Assembly: GCA_965649765.1 (NCBI GenBank)
Contig: OZ287755.1
Location: forward strand, 39,246,001 to 39,310,000
Length of the DNA stretch: 64,000 bases
Source: Bispira polyomma
Lineage: Eukaryota
Reading direction: 5' to 3'
Under the pieces are notes generated by a model. It did no database searches. It saw only the letters and a program-made list of their open reading frames with translations, and had not been told where the DNA came from. Of the stretch, positions 24,101 through 33,896 are shown one piece after another (position 1 is the first letter of the stretch; each line of letters begins with the position of its first letter). Position numbers and translations under genes: made by a program.

Positions 24101-24146
24101 CAAACCAGAGACAGTGTACCACAGAGTGTATGAGGAGGGGTCCTGA
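3030..24146 (+). CDS. MMAB: Cob(I)alamin adenosyltransferase, mitochondrial (MMAB/cblB); 9 coding exons join(3030..3118,8052..8119,8439..8532,12805..12862,14377..14449,21304..21401,21751..21815,23097..23156,24050..24146), 233 aa
   Basis: Manual splicing gives an open 702-nt frame: [233 protein letters not shown]. PduO-family motifs [23 protein letters not shown] and YLNRLSD are present; all introns are GT-AG with matching phases. Confidence 0.97.
3172..4235. mobile_element. Possible old non-autonomous DNA transposon in MMAB intron 1
   Basis: Degenerate ~30-bp terminal inverted similarity (gtatcgttgtgttacgttgtatcgacggt / accgtcggaaaccggtaacgcaaggatactg). Internal 3495-3600 resembles the MITE arm at 56930-57030. 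Confidence 0.4.
4451..4661. mobile_element. 211-bp MITE, TA TSD, CACGGG termini
   Basis: TA|CACGGGCAATCACAATAGTGTCCGGGTCATAATAG ... ATATTGTGACCCTGACACTATTGTGACCACCCGTG|TA. Confidence 0.8.
5665..5975 (+). mobile_element. tRNA-derived SINE, family A
   Basis: A box TGGCCGAATGG, B box GAGTTCGATCC, conserved body ctctacccagtgtataaatgggtacctggccgc; three more copies in the window. Confidence 0.85.
6123..7332 (+). mobile_element. 5'-truncated L2-clade LINE (RT C-half plus 3' UTR) in MMAB intron 1
   Basis: [36 protein letters not shown] and LHWLP motifs (ORF 6239-7180); 3' stem-loop gcgccttag...taagcgc and (AGATT)n tail. Confidence 0.95.
7845..8023. mobile_element. Degenerate MITE of the CAGTAGAACCTC-terminus family (relatives at ~15345-15733, 21027-21125, 52240-52312, 54570-54750)
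   Basis: Shared blocks ggagagtga...gttcagata..aaggttcatcaaatagaa and ggataat.gaagtt. Confidence 0.55.
8052..8119 (+). CDS. MMAB: MMAB exon 2 ([22 protein letters not shown])
   Basis: ttcag acceptor, gtaaga donor, ATP-binding motif KIYTRTGD. Confidence 0.96.
8439..8532 (+). CDS. MMAB: MMAB exon 3 ([31 protein letters not shown])
   Basis: tttctag acceptor, gtgggt donor, 94 nt, strong family similarity. Confidence 0.96.
8583..10629 (+). mobile_element. Helentron-associated non-autonomous element (HINE/DINE-1-like), copy 1, with internal ~142-bp tandem array (7 units plus a degenerate last unit)
   Basis: 5' subTIR/IR AAGCGTCCCttgaaaaGGGCGCTT, GCC microsatellite, 3' subTIR GGGACGCTT, palindrome GTTTTTGTTATCAAAAAC, CTAG end, TT flanks; near-identical to 25516-27747. 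Confidence 0.85.
9477..10540 (+). repeat. ~142-bp tandem repeat inside HINE copy 1
   Basis: Unit TTATCTCGGAAACGGTGCTAGATAGAGCGATTTC... recurs at ~9477, 9619, 9761, 9902, 10044, 10186, 10322 and 10464. Confidence 0.97.
11062..11401 (+). mobile_element. tRNA-derived SINE, family B, with (CATTT)n tail
   Basis: A box TGGTCTAGTGG, B box GGTTCAAGTCC, 3' agcgca..tgcgct stem and simple-repeat tail; second copy at 13356-13852. Confidence 0.85.
12350..12665 (+). repeat. Minisatellite, ~39-bp unit, ~8 copies
   Basis: Repeating aaattccttagaaaatgcatcaaaaggattaagtctatc(c). Confidence 0.9.
12805..12862 (+). CDS. MMAB: MMAB exon 4 ([19 protein letters not shown])
   Basis: ttttag acceptor, gtgagt donor, 58 nt, phases match both neighbours. 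Confidence 0.92.
13356..13852 (+). mobile_element. SINE family B copy interrupted by an L2 3' end (~13459-13609)
   Basis: SINE head 13356-13458 and body 13610-13850 match 11062-11300. The insert has ggcttttccaccttag, a stem-loop and (AGATT)n like 7165-7332. Confidence 0.8.
14377..14449 (+). CDS. MMAB: MMAB exon 5 ([24 protein letters not shown])
   Basis: ttccag acceptor, gtgagt donor, 73 nt. Confidence 0.96.
14548..14780. mobile_element. MITE with GGGGCCGTATTCACAAA termini (PIF/Harbinger-like); relatives at ~31372 and 40800-40964
   Basis: gccgtattcacaaa ... tttgtgaatacc inverted ends. Confidence 0.55.
15120..15326. mobile_element. ~200-bp MITE
   Basis: TIR aatctaaaattcgccactgtagctgaaattctcca / tggcgaatttcagatacagcggcgaatgttagatt. 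Confidence 0.7.
15891..20959 (+). mobile_element. L1/Tx1-clade LINE, 5'-truncated (no ORF1), complete but disabled ORF2, poly(A) tail, 14-bp TSD; in MMAB intron 5
   Basis: TSD AACTTTTCTCCATG at 15877-15890 and 20960-20973; AATAAA at ~20925 and an A-rich tail. Confidence 0.95.
16689..20497 (+). pseudogene. L1/Tx1 ORF2 (APE endonuclease, RT, C-terminal Cys/His region) with nonsense mutations
   Basis: SFNTNGL, LQETH, NVYAP, GDFN, SRLD and SDH (APE); [33 protein letters not shown] and LADD (RT). In-frame stops at 16944, 17577, 18312 and 19308 are all in one frame; one (TA)n frameshift near 20335. Confidence 0.93.
21304..21401 (+). CDS. MMAB: MMAB exon 6 ([32 protein letters not shown])
   Basis: atgtag acceptor, gtaagt donor, 98 nt, LExWID..LPPL.FILP motif. 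Confidence 0.96.
21751..21815 (+). CDS. MMAB: MMAB exon 7 ([21 protein letters not shown])
   Basis: tttcag acceptor, gtaaag donor, 65 nt, CRRAER motif. Confidence 0.96.
21841..21865 (+). repeat. G25 homopolymer 25 nt downstream of the exon 7 donor
   Basis: 25 consecutive G. Confidence 0.95.
23097..23156 (+). CDS. MMAB: MMAB exon 8 ([19 protein letters not shown])
   Basis: tttcag acceptor, gtaagg donor, 60 nt. Confidence 0.95.
23136..23628 (+). repeat. Degenerate ~55-60-bp minisatellite whose first unit spans the exon 8/intron 8 junction
   Basis: gccaat(g/c)aaatac...aataggta(a)ggtgaaggtc..gagagatatt repeated ~6 times, interrupted at ~23360-23520. Confidence 0.8.
24050..24146 (+). CDS. MMAB: MMAB exon 9, terminal coding exon ([31 protein letters not shown])
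   Basis: tttcag acceptor, RLSDxLFTLAR motif, TGA at 24144-24146. Confidence 0.96.
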
Positions 24147-24149
24147 GGG

Positions 24150-24560
24150 GTAACAGGGGTATGAGGATTTGGTTGTAAAATTAGGTGATGTGTGCTAAGT
24201 AAGTAATTGTAATACAGTGCTGGAGTGTGAGGTGAGGGCTGGTAAAATAGGTGACACCTGTAAGTAATTGTAATACAGTGTGGGGCTGGTAAAATAGGTG
24301 ACACCTGTAAGTAATTGTAATACAGTGTGGGGTGTGAGATGAAGGCTGGTAAAATAGGTGACACCTGTTAAGTAAGTAATTGTAATACAGTGTGAGGGTA
24401 TAAAGAGAGGGCTGGTGAAATATGTGACGTCTGCTAAATAAGTAATTGTAGTACAGTGTGGGGTGTGAGGAGAAGGCTGGTTAAATAGGTGACACCTGTA
24501 AGTAATTGTAGTACAATGTGGAGTATGAGGTAAGGGCTGGTAAAATTGGTGACACCGGCT
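24150..24560 (+). repeat. ~60-bp minisatellite immediately after the MMAB stop codon
   Basis: Unit gtaagtaattgtaatacagtgtggggtgtgag..gggctggtaaaataggtgacacct, ~6-7 copies. Confidence 0.92.
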
Positions 24561-24839
24561 GTGTTGGTGTCGGTGTGTGAGAAAAGGATTTAATGTCATG
24601 TGACTAAATCAATGGGTCATTTTGTCACTGGGACCACCTGTTGTAAACGACAAGTTGTGTCACATTTACTCCTAACAAGATCTGTATTGCACATTACTGC
24701 TCATGTTTCAAGGCAATGCTTTGGTTTTTCTCAAATGTCCAGTATAAATATTTGTGTTTACATGTGACAGTTACTGGTAAACAGTAAAATATCTTGAGTA
24801 AAGAATTACATAACTGAGTAGTGTAAGTATCGGTATTGA

Positions 24840-25120
24840 AGTATTCAGGTATTTTACCTATTACGTCTAGGAAGTGGTCATTATGACAGGAATTCGTTTG
24901 AGGAAATTGTTTGTGCTCTCTGTAATGCAGAATGTGTCGAGGATAAATACCATTTATTCCACATGTATAAGCGAAACCTGTTTTTGAAGGATAATATTAA
25001 TAACTTTAAGCAACTATATGTAGTACCAAATGAACTGTTAATTAGGGTAATGAATTGTAATATAAAGTTGCTTGTACATTATGCTGAAACTCTTTGTAAT
25101 AAAAGAAAAAATGTTTTAGC
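24840..25120 (+). mobile_element. Highly decayed LINE 3' fragment (RTE-X/CR1-like terminal zinc finger)
   Basis: Remnant SGILPI...C.LCNAECVEDKYHLF motif. Confidence 0.45.
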
Positions 25121-25515
25121 TACAAGAAGAATAATAAGATTGTTAAAACCATTTCATTATTTCAACCCATTCATGTCTGTTAAAATTAAACTATTGCAGT
25201 AACTTGTAACCCCAAAAGAGGACTTGGTACAAAGATAGAAATAGTTTATTGTTATTTATTTGTATGTCTATGAATATGTGTACATGTCGTTATAATAATT
25301 AAAAGAATGAGAAAAATGAAATTTTCCTTAACACTGTACTTATGATTACTCAATGTAACTTGTGTAAAACTGAAGTTCTTGAAGTTTAAGGTTCACAACT
25401 ATATTTAGTGCACCATTATCCAGGACGTAAGCAAGTGCACAGTAACTGACTAAAATTAATAATACCTCACAAAAATATATGCATTTTAATATTTGCAAAT
25501 CAGTTCATATAGCTG

Positions 25516-27747
25516 TTAATTAAGCGTCCCTTGAAAAGGGCGCTTATTTGGTTTCACCCCTGGTTTCCTCGCTGCCGCCGCCGCCGCCGCCGCCGCATTG
25601 TCTTCCTTGAATATCTCCTTCAATATTATCTGCATCAAAATTATTTTTGGCAGTTCTCTTAACCAGGAGTGGGAAATTTTTTTCATATTCTTGGCTTTGA
25701 ACTTTGGCCTACTTAAATGTCAGGTGACCCTGGGGGTGTAAAAGTGCTTGTCACTAGGTTTTCTCAAAAAGTATTCATCATAGCTTAATGAAATTTGGTA
25801 TGTACCTTGGTAAGGCAATTTTCAGGACGGGAGACGTTGATGAGATTAATCAGATGATAATTGACCGATTGCCAACCGATTGATTTTTATTGAAATGCGA
25901 AAAATCGGTACTTTTTTGCTATCTCGGAAACTATTGGGATTTCGGCTTTTTCTTGGTATAAGTTATTCATCTACTTTTTGATTTTATGTATGATGTAAAA
26001 CTTTCACAGTTCTAAGTCCAGTACTCAATGAGTACTGAGTACTTTAAATAAGTATTTTGCTCTATTTTGCTCTATCTTGCACTTTTATCAACTTTTCTTT
26101 TGAAGTACTTGTCATAGTTCAATGAAATTTCGCATGCACATTGCAAATACCAAAGCATAGATGTTCGTAAATTTTTAGATCAATCTGGTGATAATTGACT
26201 GATTGACAGGGTCGATCAATCATACAAAATGGGGAAAAAAATGTGTTGATGGGTGCTTTTTGGAGCGTGTGAGGATTTTTTTTATTTTTAATTTTAGACC
26301 AGTACATGCAGCGCGTAACTTTTAAAGAATAGCCTGAATTTTTATTTATTTTTTACCCCATCCAAAAATATGCGATCGTTGCTGATATAAAACGATTTTA
26401 ATTTCAAAAATTTAAAAAATTAAGGTTTTTTTTTAAATGTCCATTATCTCTGAAATGGTTCTAGATAGAGCAATTTCGAGCTCATTTTCAACCCACAGGG
26501 TTGATTTTGCTTATATGTAAACTTTTAAAAAAATTTCAATTTTGGCGGCCATCTTGAATTTCTGCGTCTTTTTCGAAAACGTCCGTTATCTCAGAAACGG
26601 TGCTAGATAGAGCGATTTCAAGCTCATTTTTGATCCACAGGGTTGATTTTGCTTATATGTAAACTTTTAAAAAATTTTCAATTTGGGTGGCCATCTTGAA
26701 TTTCTGCGTCTTTTCCAAAAATGTCCGTTATCTCAGAAACGGTGCTAGATACTGCGATTTCGAGCTCATTTTCGACCCACAGGGTTGAGTTTGCTTATAT
26801 GTAAACTTTTAAAAAAATTTCAATTTTGGCGGCCATCTTGAATTTTTTGCGTTTTTTTTGAAAATGTCAGTTATCTCGGAAACGGTGCTAGATAGAGCGA
26901 TTTCAAGCTCATTTTTGATCCACAGGGTTGAGTTTACTTATATGTAAACTTTTAAAAAATTTTCAATTTTGGCGGCCATCTTAAATTTCTGCGTCTTTTT
27001 CGAAAATGTCAGTTATCTCGGAAATGGTGCTAGATAGAGCGATTTCGAGCTCATTTTCAATCCACAGGGTTGATTTTACTTGTATGTAAACTTTTTTAAA
27101 AATTTTAATTTTGTTGGCCATCTTGAATTTCTGGGTCTTTTTCGAAAACATCCGTTATCTCGGAAACGGTGCTAGATAGAGCGATTTTGAGCTCATTTTC
27201 GACCCACAGGGTTGATTTTGCTTATACATAAACTTTTAAAAAAATTTCAATTTTGGCGGCCATCTTGAATTTCTGCGGTTTTTTCGAAAACATCCGTTAT
27301 CTCCGAAACGGTGCTAGATAGAGCGATTTCGAGCTCATTTTCGATCCACAGGGTTGATTTTACTTATATGTAAACTTTTTTAAAAATTTTAATTTTGTCG
27401 GCCATCTTGAATTTCTGGGTCTTTTTCGAAAATGTCATTTATCTTGGAAACGGTGCTAGATAGAGCGATTTCGAGCTAATTTTCAATCCACAGGGTTGAT
27501 TTTGCTTATATGTAAATTTTTATAGTAATTTTTGATTTGGGCAACCATCTTCAATTTCTGCGTCTTTTTATAAAACGTCTGTTATCTCGGAAATGGTGAT
27601 CTTTTTCGAGCTTACATTGACCAAAAGTGCTGATTCTGCTTATATGTTAACTTTTAAACTATATCAAACCTTGAACACTTAACAAATTCATTATTATTTC
27701 AACTTTAGGGACGCTTTGTTTTTGTTATCAAAAACCGTTTTCTAGTT
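25516..27747 (+). mobile_element. HINE/Helentron non-autonomous element, copy 2 (8 x ~142-bp units plus a degenerate last unit)
   Basis: Same termini and body as 8583-10629, with a longer GCC tract and one extra repeat unit. Confidence 0.85.
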
Positions 27748-29129
27748 TACCATATAAAAAGTGCAAATGCAAAACGCCTACCCTAGGATTATGATGCTCC
27801 TCCATACCCCAGGCACTGACTATACAGTAGGAGCATCTAAACCACTGTTTATACCAATATTTGATCTCGTAAAATTTCTACTGTATGAATCAAATTCCAA
27901 GTCCCCTTTTCTTGACACAAATATACATAATGTACACATATAAGGATGGGGCATTGACTAAGGCTTCCAAACCAGTCACTATTTTGTGCACTGAGGTATG
28001 CACTCTTGATTAAATATTAGCACTGTGTTTCCATGCGCTCTGCTCTGTTCCCTACCTGTAATCAGTATCGATTACATTATGAATTGTACTTGGCAATTGG
28101 TGAGCCTTTTAAAATACATAGAATTATATTTTGTGGTGTATTTTTTGTGATGACTTTCAGTTGTGAAATTAAGTGCCATTACATACTTATGCCACCATTG
28201 ATTTTTCAACTAACTCTTCCTCGCCACCATTAGATTCACTACAATTTCGTCACTATCTTGACCCCACGACCGTTATATTCGCCACTATTAATTTTGCAAC
28301 TACTTAACCTTGCCACCATTATTAATGTCACAATTAATTTTACCACTAACTTAAACCTCACCACCATTGTTTTTGTGACAATTTAATTTTAGCCCACTAT
28401 TTACACAAAGCCATTCACTTTGTAACTACATGTAGACATACAGTTTGGACTCAGTAGTGACATAATGACAGACTAAACCATTACCGTGTCACGACATCTA
28501 AAGTTTGTATGCTTTTACTTCTGCCTCTGTACAGGTCTTGTAATAGTGGCCTGTCAGACTTTGGAATGATTTGACAACTATGTTAAAACTTGACATAGTC
28601 TGTTGGTAGCCAGCTTTAAGATATACAAAGTCAGTCTTTTATAGTGCTGTTATTGGGTGCAATTTTAATGGTACTAGAAGTCAAATTCTGGCATGGGATA
28701 TTTTTTTTGTTGGTGAGGTGGGGGGAGGGGGGAATTTTGTACACAATAAATAAACGAAACCCTTATTGAATCCCAGCATGCCAGTGTTTTCTTAATGTTA
28801 TGATTGATGCTGGAAATAATACATGCCAGTAACACAAAGGAATACATAATGAACAAACAGTGTCTGATACCTGAAGGGAAAAATAATCGGGTATTATTAG
28901 GTGTGTTATCAAATACATCTTGTAGATCACTAGGCTGATACAAGATATTCTAGAACTGAAAGCACCCCCCCCCCCCCCTTCTTAAAATAAAAGTCATAAT
29001 AGCCTTACTTCAGGCTCAAATTTTTCCACCAATGTCATTTGATTTGGAATGGAGTGGTACCTTTACTTTATCATTCAGTCATTTATGGCTCGTTTTTATA
29101 TCAGCGGTATGGTGTAGTTATTTATGGCC

Positions 29130-29400
29130 CATTTACACATTGCCATAATGGTAGATGAAAGCACAAGGTAGCAGAAGTTACTGTAATTTGTCTTTCCACT
29201 TATAAATCGGCTGTTCCATCTGGGCGACATATACCTTACGACCCTTGTCCAGATAAGTTTTAGAGAGAGAAACAGATGAGAACAGACGAATGCTGGTACA
29301 GAAGATTTACAGATACTCGGAAACAGAAAAATAGGAAGAAAAGTTACAGTAGCGAAACGGAATACCAGTAAATAGTCTCAAAATGGGCAGGAGGAGCCGA
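29130..29400 (+). mobile_element. Fragment of an interspersed repeat, probably a DNA transposon (relatives at 62775-62990, 57390-57735, 47090-47320)
   Basis: Shared atcggctgttccatc...cagataagttttagaga.agaaacaga block. Confidence 0.55.
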
Positions 29401-29680
29401 TTACAGGGAAGGGAGAGTTGCAATAGTTAGATCAGGAACAGCCAGAACGATTTTTCTGCCATGGTGACATACTGGCTCTTTCCTGTGGTGAAGGTTTGCC
29501 AGGTATGTGCTGTAGGTCGATGGTTTATAGTAGAAATAGATCTGGTCTCCTCTACCAATAAGTCTGGCTAAAAACCACAAATATAACCAACAAAGATGAT
29601 AAAGGTGACCTAAAAACCCAAGTACATTCAAATTACTAACTAGACCTAGCACATCGGAGAACTGATGCATGTTTGTATCC

Positions 29681-30706
29681 ACAAGAAAGATAAAGCACCC
29701 CAGGAAGCAAGCATCCTAGCTAGCACCCAAGCTAGAAGCCTATGATTTCCTATAGGGCATTTATGCTAAAGGTGAAATCTGACCACGACAAAAGATTACC
29801 AGGCCATGATTTCCTGTAGGTTGGTTTTACATCCCAAACCTCTACGACCAATAATAAGCGAGATATAGGCACTTTTAAGTTTGGCCATCTGCATTTGACC
29901 ATGAACAAGGGACCCAAAGTCAAATAGGACCACATCAAAAGATTCCCAGGCCTTGATTTCCTACAGGTTGGTTTCATATTCCAAACCTCTAGGACCAATT
30001 AATGCGAGATATAGGCACCTTTAAGTTTAGTTATCCATATTTGACCTTGAACGTGGGGCCCCAAGGTAAAATCTAAGCATGTCCAAAGATTCCCAACCAT
30101 GATTTTCTAAAGGTTGGTTTGGCACTCCAAACCACTGGGACCAATAATAAGTGAGATATAGGCACTTTTAAGTTTGGCCATCCGCATTTGACCTTAAGCA
30201 AGGGGCCCAAGTTCAAATCTGAGCCCATCAAAAGATTCCCTGCTCATGATTTCCTATAGGTTGGTTGCAGATCCCAAACCTCTAGGACCAATATTAAGCA
30301 AGTTTGGTCAAAATTGGTCACTCATTGTACTTTGGCATTCTGTCAATGAACTTGAATGAGGAAATTCAAGGTCAAATGTCTGCATGCTTATACAGGACAT
30401 ATTATTTCTGTAAATATATCACCCGTAAAGAGATTCAACCTTCTACAGCTGAGAAACAGACACAGTTAAAGGTAAATATTTTTTTTAAAACGCCCTTGGT
30501 GGCCATTTTGTTTTTTCAAAGTGAGGCTAAAATTACTGCCAGGCAAGCTTTTGTAATAAAGAACATTTGCTGTAAATCTGAGGAGCCTAGGTGTAAAAGT
30601 TTTCCTAGGAGAGCGGTAACGGTAAAATCTCTACACACGCTGACACGGCGGCGTAACGATACCTGAATCCATAGTATCTACCGGAGTTTTCCAGTGGATA
30701 CAATTA
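29681..30706 (-). mobile_element. Second HINE-like family with internal ~150-bp tandem repeats (~4 units)
   Basis: Minus strand starts TAATTGTATCCACTGGAAAACTCCGGTAGATAC (hairpin), has a GCCGCC/CAGCGT micro-tract and ends CTTGT. The repeat gatttcctataggttggttt..ccaaacctctaggaccaat lies at 29745-30300. Confidence 0.7.
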
Positions 30707-32442
30707 CCTATTAAAGTTTTGAGTGTAACCATGAATTTGTTTTAACATTTTTGGCACTGAGGTGCCTTGGCAGAGATATGCATTCCACTGAGTGCTCTTG
30801 TAGTTGTTATGTAAGAATTTAACATTCAAGCAAGGCTGAGTGTCTTATATAGACGACACACTACTAAAGTCCTATAATAATGTGACAAGTCTTTTTGTAC
30901 TTCTACAGACTGAAAATAGAAAGTCATTAAAGACAACTAGATCTTCCTGCTAATAACCCACCAGCCATTACACCTATCTTATTTCTATTGTATTCTATAA
31001 TATTGTCTGAGGGTGTTTTTTTTTATTGGCATAAAAAATGGCAGTAAGAGAACCATGTATCATGTTCATCACTGTCTTTAAACAAGAAATCTGTAAGGTT
31101 TCCAATAAGGACCCATGGTAGGGTATTTTTTTGTGGGGGCCTAGCCTTGTCGAAGGCCCTTTATATATACTGGAGCGCACATATATAGTTTTGCAGTTTT
31201 ATAAGTTAATACAATACATTAAATCTTAGAGATACCATTGTGTGTTATATTACCACACACAAGTATCTTGAACTCAAGGCAGGGCTGAGAATTGGACATT
31301 TTGTGAGCATTTAGGAATAAATTCACTGTCAAGGCTTTTACAATATCACCTAGCCTCGCAGAAGGCTTCAGGGGCCATATTCACAAAAGGTCTTTGTCTT
31401 AACTTAGATCTATATTTACTTCTGACTTGGGAAAACTTGTATGAACACTTTATTCTAAATTAACCCCTTTGTGACTGAGAAAAAATCTATTGCTGTGAAC
31501 TGAAGGAAATGTTTCGGGAATAGGTTACAGATAACTAGAGTCACCCACAGTATTTAATAACGGCCTCCGGTATAATTATTCTAACCGGAAAGTCTGCTGT
31601 ACTAACAATTTCCTATTGCAAGAAACTGAAAAAACAATTTATAGTTTTGGGATGTTGATTGGTTGCCGACAGACAGAGGCTCTGGGAGTAAGAAATGCAA
31701 TCGACAGCTAGCCCAGGGGTCGAAAGGGTTAAATTTGTAAATAGTTTAATTTATATTTTGAATTTGTTTCTGCAATTTCTGACAAAAAAATTAGCCTAAT
31801 GTCAGACTATATCTTGCCAGTAAGATAATGTTTTGTTGTAGAAGTATAAAGGCTGCACATGCGTACTCTGGCGAGTAATGGGCTGCACTTCCTATGGAAT
31901 TAATTAGTTGCTAAACAAACTACAAGCTTGAGGACTTATATTTCTAATATAAAACACAGTTTATTGTAGTAGTTCTATAAATATTCACTTATATACACAA
32001 AACATAACATATTGCATTTGGTATTGCGCATTTTTACAATTCTGTTTCAAATGCGCATGCCCCAAAGTGTATTGTCTATTGTTAATGCTATTTACTCGTA
32101 TTCCGCCATCTTGATGTACTTTATAGCCTCAGATAATAGCTGGGTAGGAACATGTACATTGTTGGGATTGTTGCTCACTGCATACTTCTGGTTATTATTA
32201 TTTATAAAGTCTTGGCGAGGCTAGTATATACAATTTCTTTAAAATAAGACATTGTTTTGGTTATTCAGGACACAAGTCAGTGTCTGTGTGTGCCAGCTGT
32301 GAATACATTACATCTCTGATCTATGTGATCACCACCTGAACTACTGGCGATATGTCTGGCAAGCTTCTTGTGTTCTAGAGTTAACTTATTACATACTAAT
32401 GAGGTGGCCCCCTTATGTTAGGCCACAATTCTATAGAAATTT

Positions 32443-32738
32443 GAATTTAGTTCAGCTTTACATCAAGCTTTCAACAGCTTAGGTCATGTCACAACAGCCG
32501 GTTTCAGTGGTGGAAGAAACCAGTGTTGAAGTAATGTAAACCACCGGTCGATGGCAAACACTTGACAAACTCTCCTACATGAAGGAACAAACGGGATTTG
32601 AACCCATATTGGTGAGACACCAGTGATTGTGAAGCAGGTGCTTCCATTTTGTTTGTTGCGCCTTAGAATTCGCCAGTACAGAGATTAAGCGCCATTATGG
32701 AATTGACTAGATTAGGTAACTACTAGGCCACCGGGTCC
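32443..32738 (-). mobile_element. tRNA-derived SINE, family C, carrying a ~70-bp L2 3'-end insert (~32645-32716, + strand)
   Basis: Minus-strand GGTGGCCTAGTAGTTA and GGGTTCAAATCCC boxes; body shared with 50490-50851, 51845-52030, 38800-39030 and 34855-34960. Confidence 0.75.
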
Positions 32739-32904
32739 TCTAGAATTCTATATATAAAAGGCCACTGTTAACAGCTGATGAATTTTGTGTCAACTGTCAA
32801 CCTCTGTGTTTATCTCTCTCACTGTGGCCTAGCGGGTAACATACCCACTTAAGAACACAGAGGACCTTGGTTTGATCCCAAAATTGTCTTTTTAAAAGTA
32901 CAGA

Positions 32905-33896
32905 TTTCTTGAACACCACATGTATGCAGACGACACTCAAGTCTATCTCTCAATCCACAAAATGCAAATACAAACAGACCTACTTGCAGACTGTCTGTCT
33001 GATGTCCAGGCGTGGATGAACTAGTCCAAACTAAAACTTAACCCTGACAAAACAGAATTCATTCTCATAGGAAACAAGAAAAACAGTGAACTCCTAAAAT
33101 CTTTGTTCCCCATCTCCTTGCTGGGAAAAGACATACTACCTTCCAAAAATGCCAAAAACCTGGCTGTCACTTTTGATTCAGCTTTTTTGTTCGATACTCA
33201 TATTGCCAACATCTGTCACTCCTACTATTACCATATACACAACATCAAAAGAATCAGAAGCCACTTGTCCATGGACACAGCGATAACTGTGGCAAATGCC
33301 CTTGTGAGTAGCCACCTCAACTACTGCAATTCTCTCTTGTACGGAGCAAACAAGTCACACATTAAAAAGCTCCAGTCCATCCAAAACTACCTATGTAGGG
33401 TAATTTTTCGTCTGGGATGTCGCACAGACGTCACTCCTTACCTCAAAAAATTACACTGGCTGCCCATTAACTCTCGCATTTTGTTCAAGATTCACGTTAC
33501 TACTTTTAAGACTGTAGTCACTCAACAGCCCCCTACCTTGCCTCCCTTCTTTCCTTCAATAACCGCAAGAGAGGCAATAGACTCTCTGTCACTTCGGTCA
33601 GACCAATCAGAAAGGCGGGATTCAAGGCGTTCTCCACTGCAGCTCCACGGTTATGGAACAGTCTCCCAGTCGACCTCAGATCAGTTGACACACTTATCGG
33701 TTTTAGGAAAAAGCTTAAAACCTATCTTTTTAATCTTGCCTACTCACCTTAGCTTCCCTCGAGCACGCTCCCACTTCCTTCCTTATGACTTTGCAATGTC
33801 AATGGACTTAATCATTGGACCAATGATTCTGCTGTTGCACTTTAGAAGATGCCTAGCATCAGTAAAGTGCGTTAAAAATTTATAATAATAATAATA
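32905..33896 (+). mobile_element. 5'-truncated, degenerate L2/CR1 LINE with (TAA)n tail, preceded by a tRNA-like SINE head (~32824-32890)
   Basis: YADDTQVY, LKLNPDKTEF, SHLNYCNSLL and LHWLP; stop and frameshifts. Confidence 0.92.

Noticed and set aside
24144-24200. Selenocysteine or readthrough at the MMAB TGA
   Set aside because: The protein is already full length, another in-frame TGA follows five sense codons later, and no SECIS is seen.
24020-24599. Minus-strand ORFs of 114 and 134 aa with Cys/His repeats
   Set aside because: They are translations of the 60-bp minisatellite and the antisense of MMAB exon 9.
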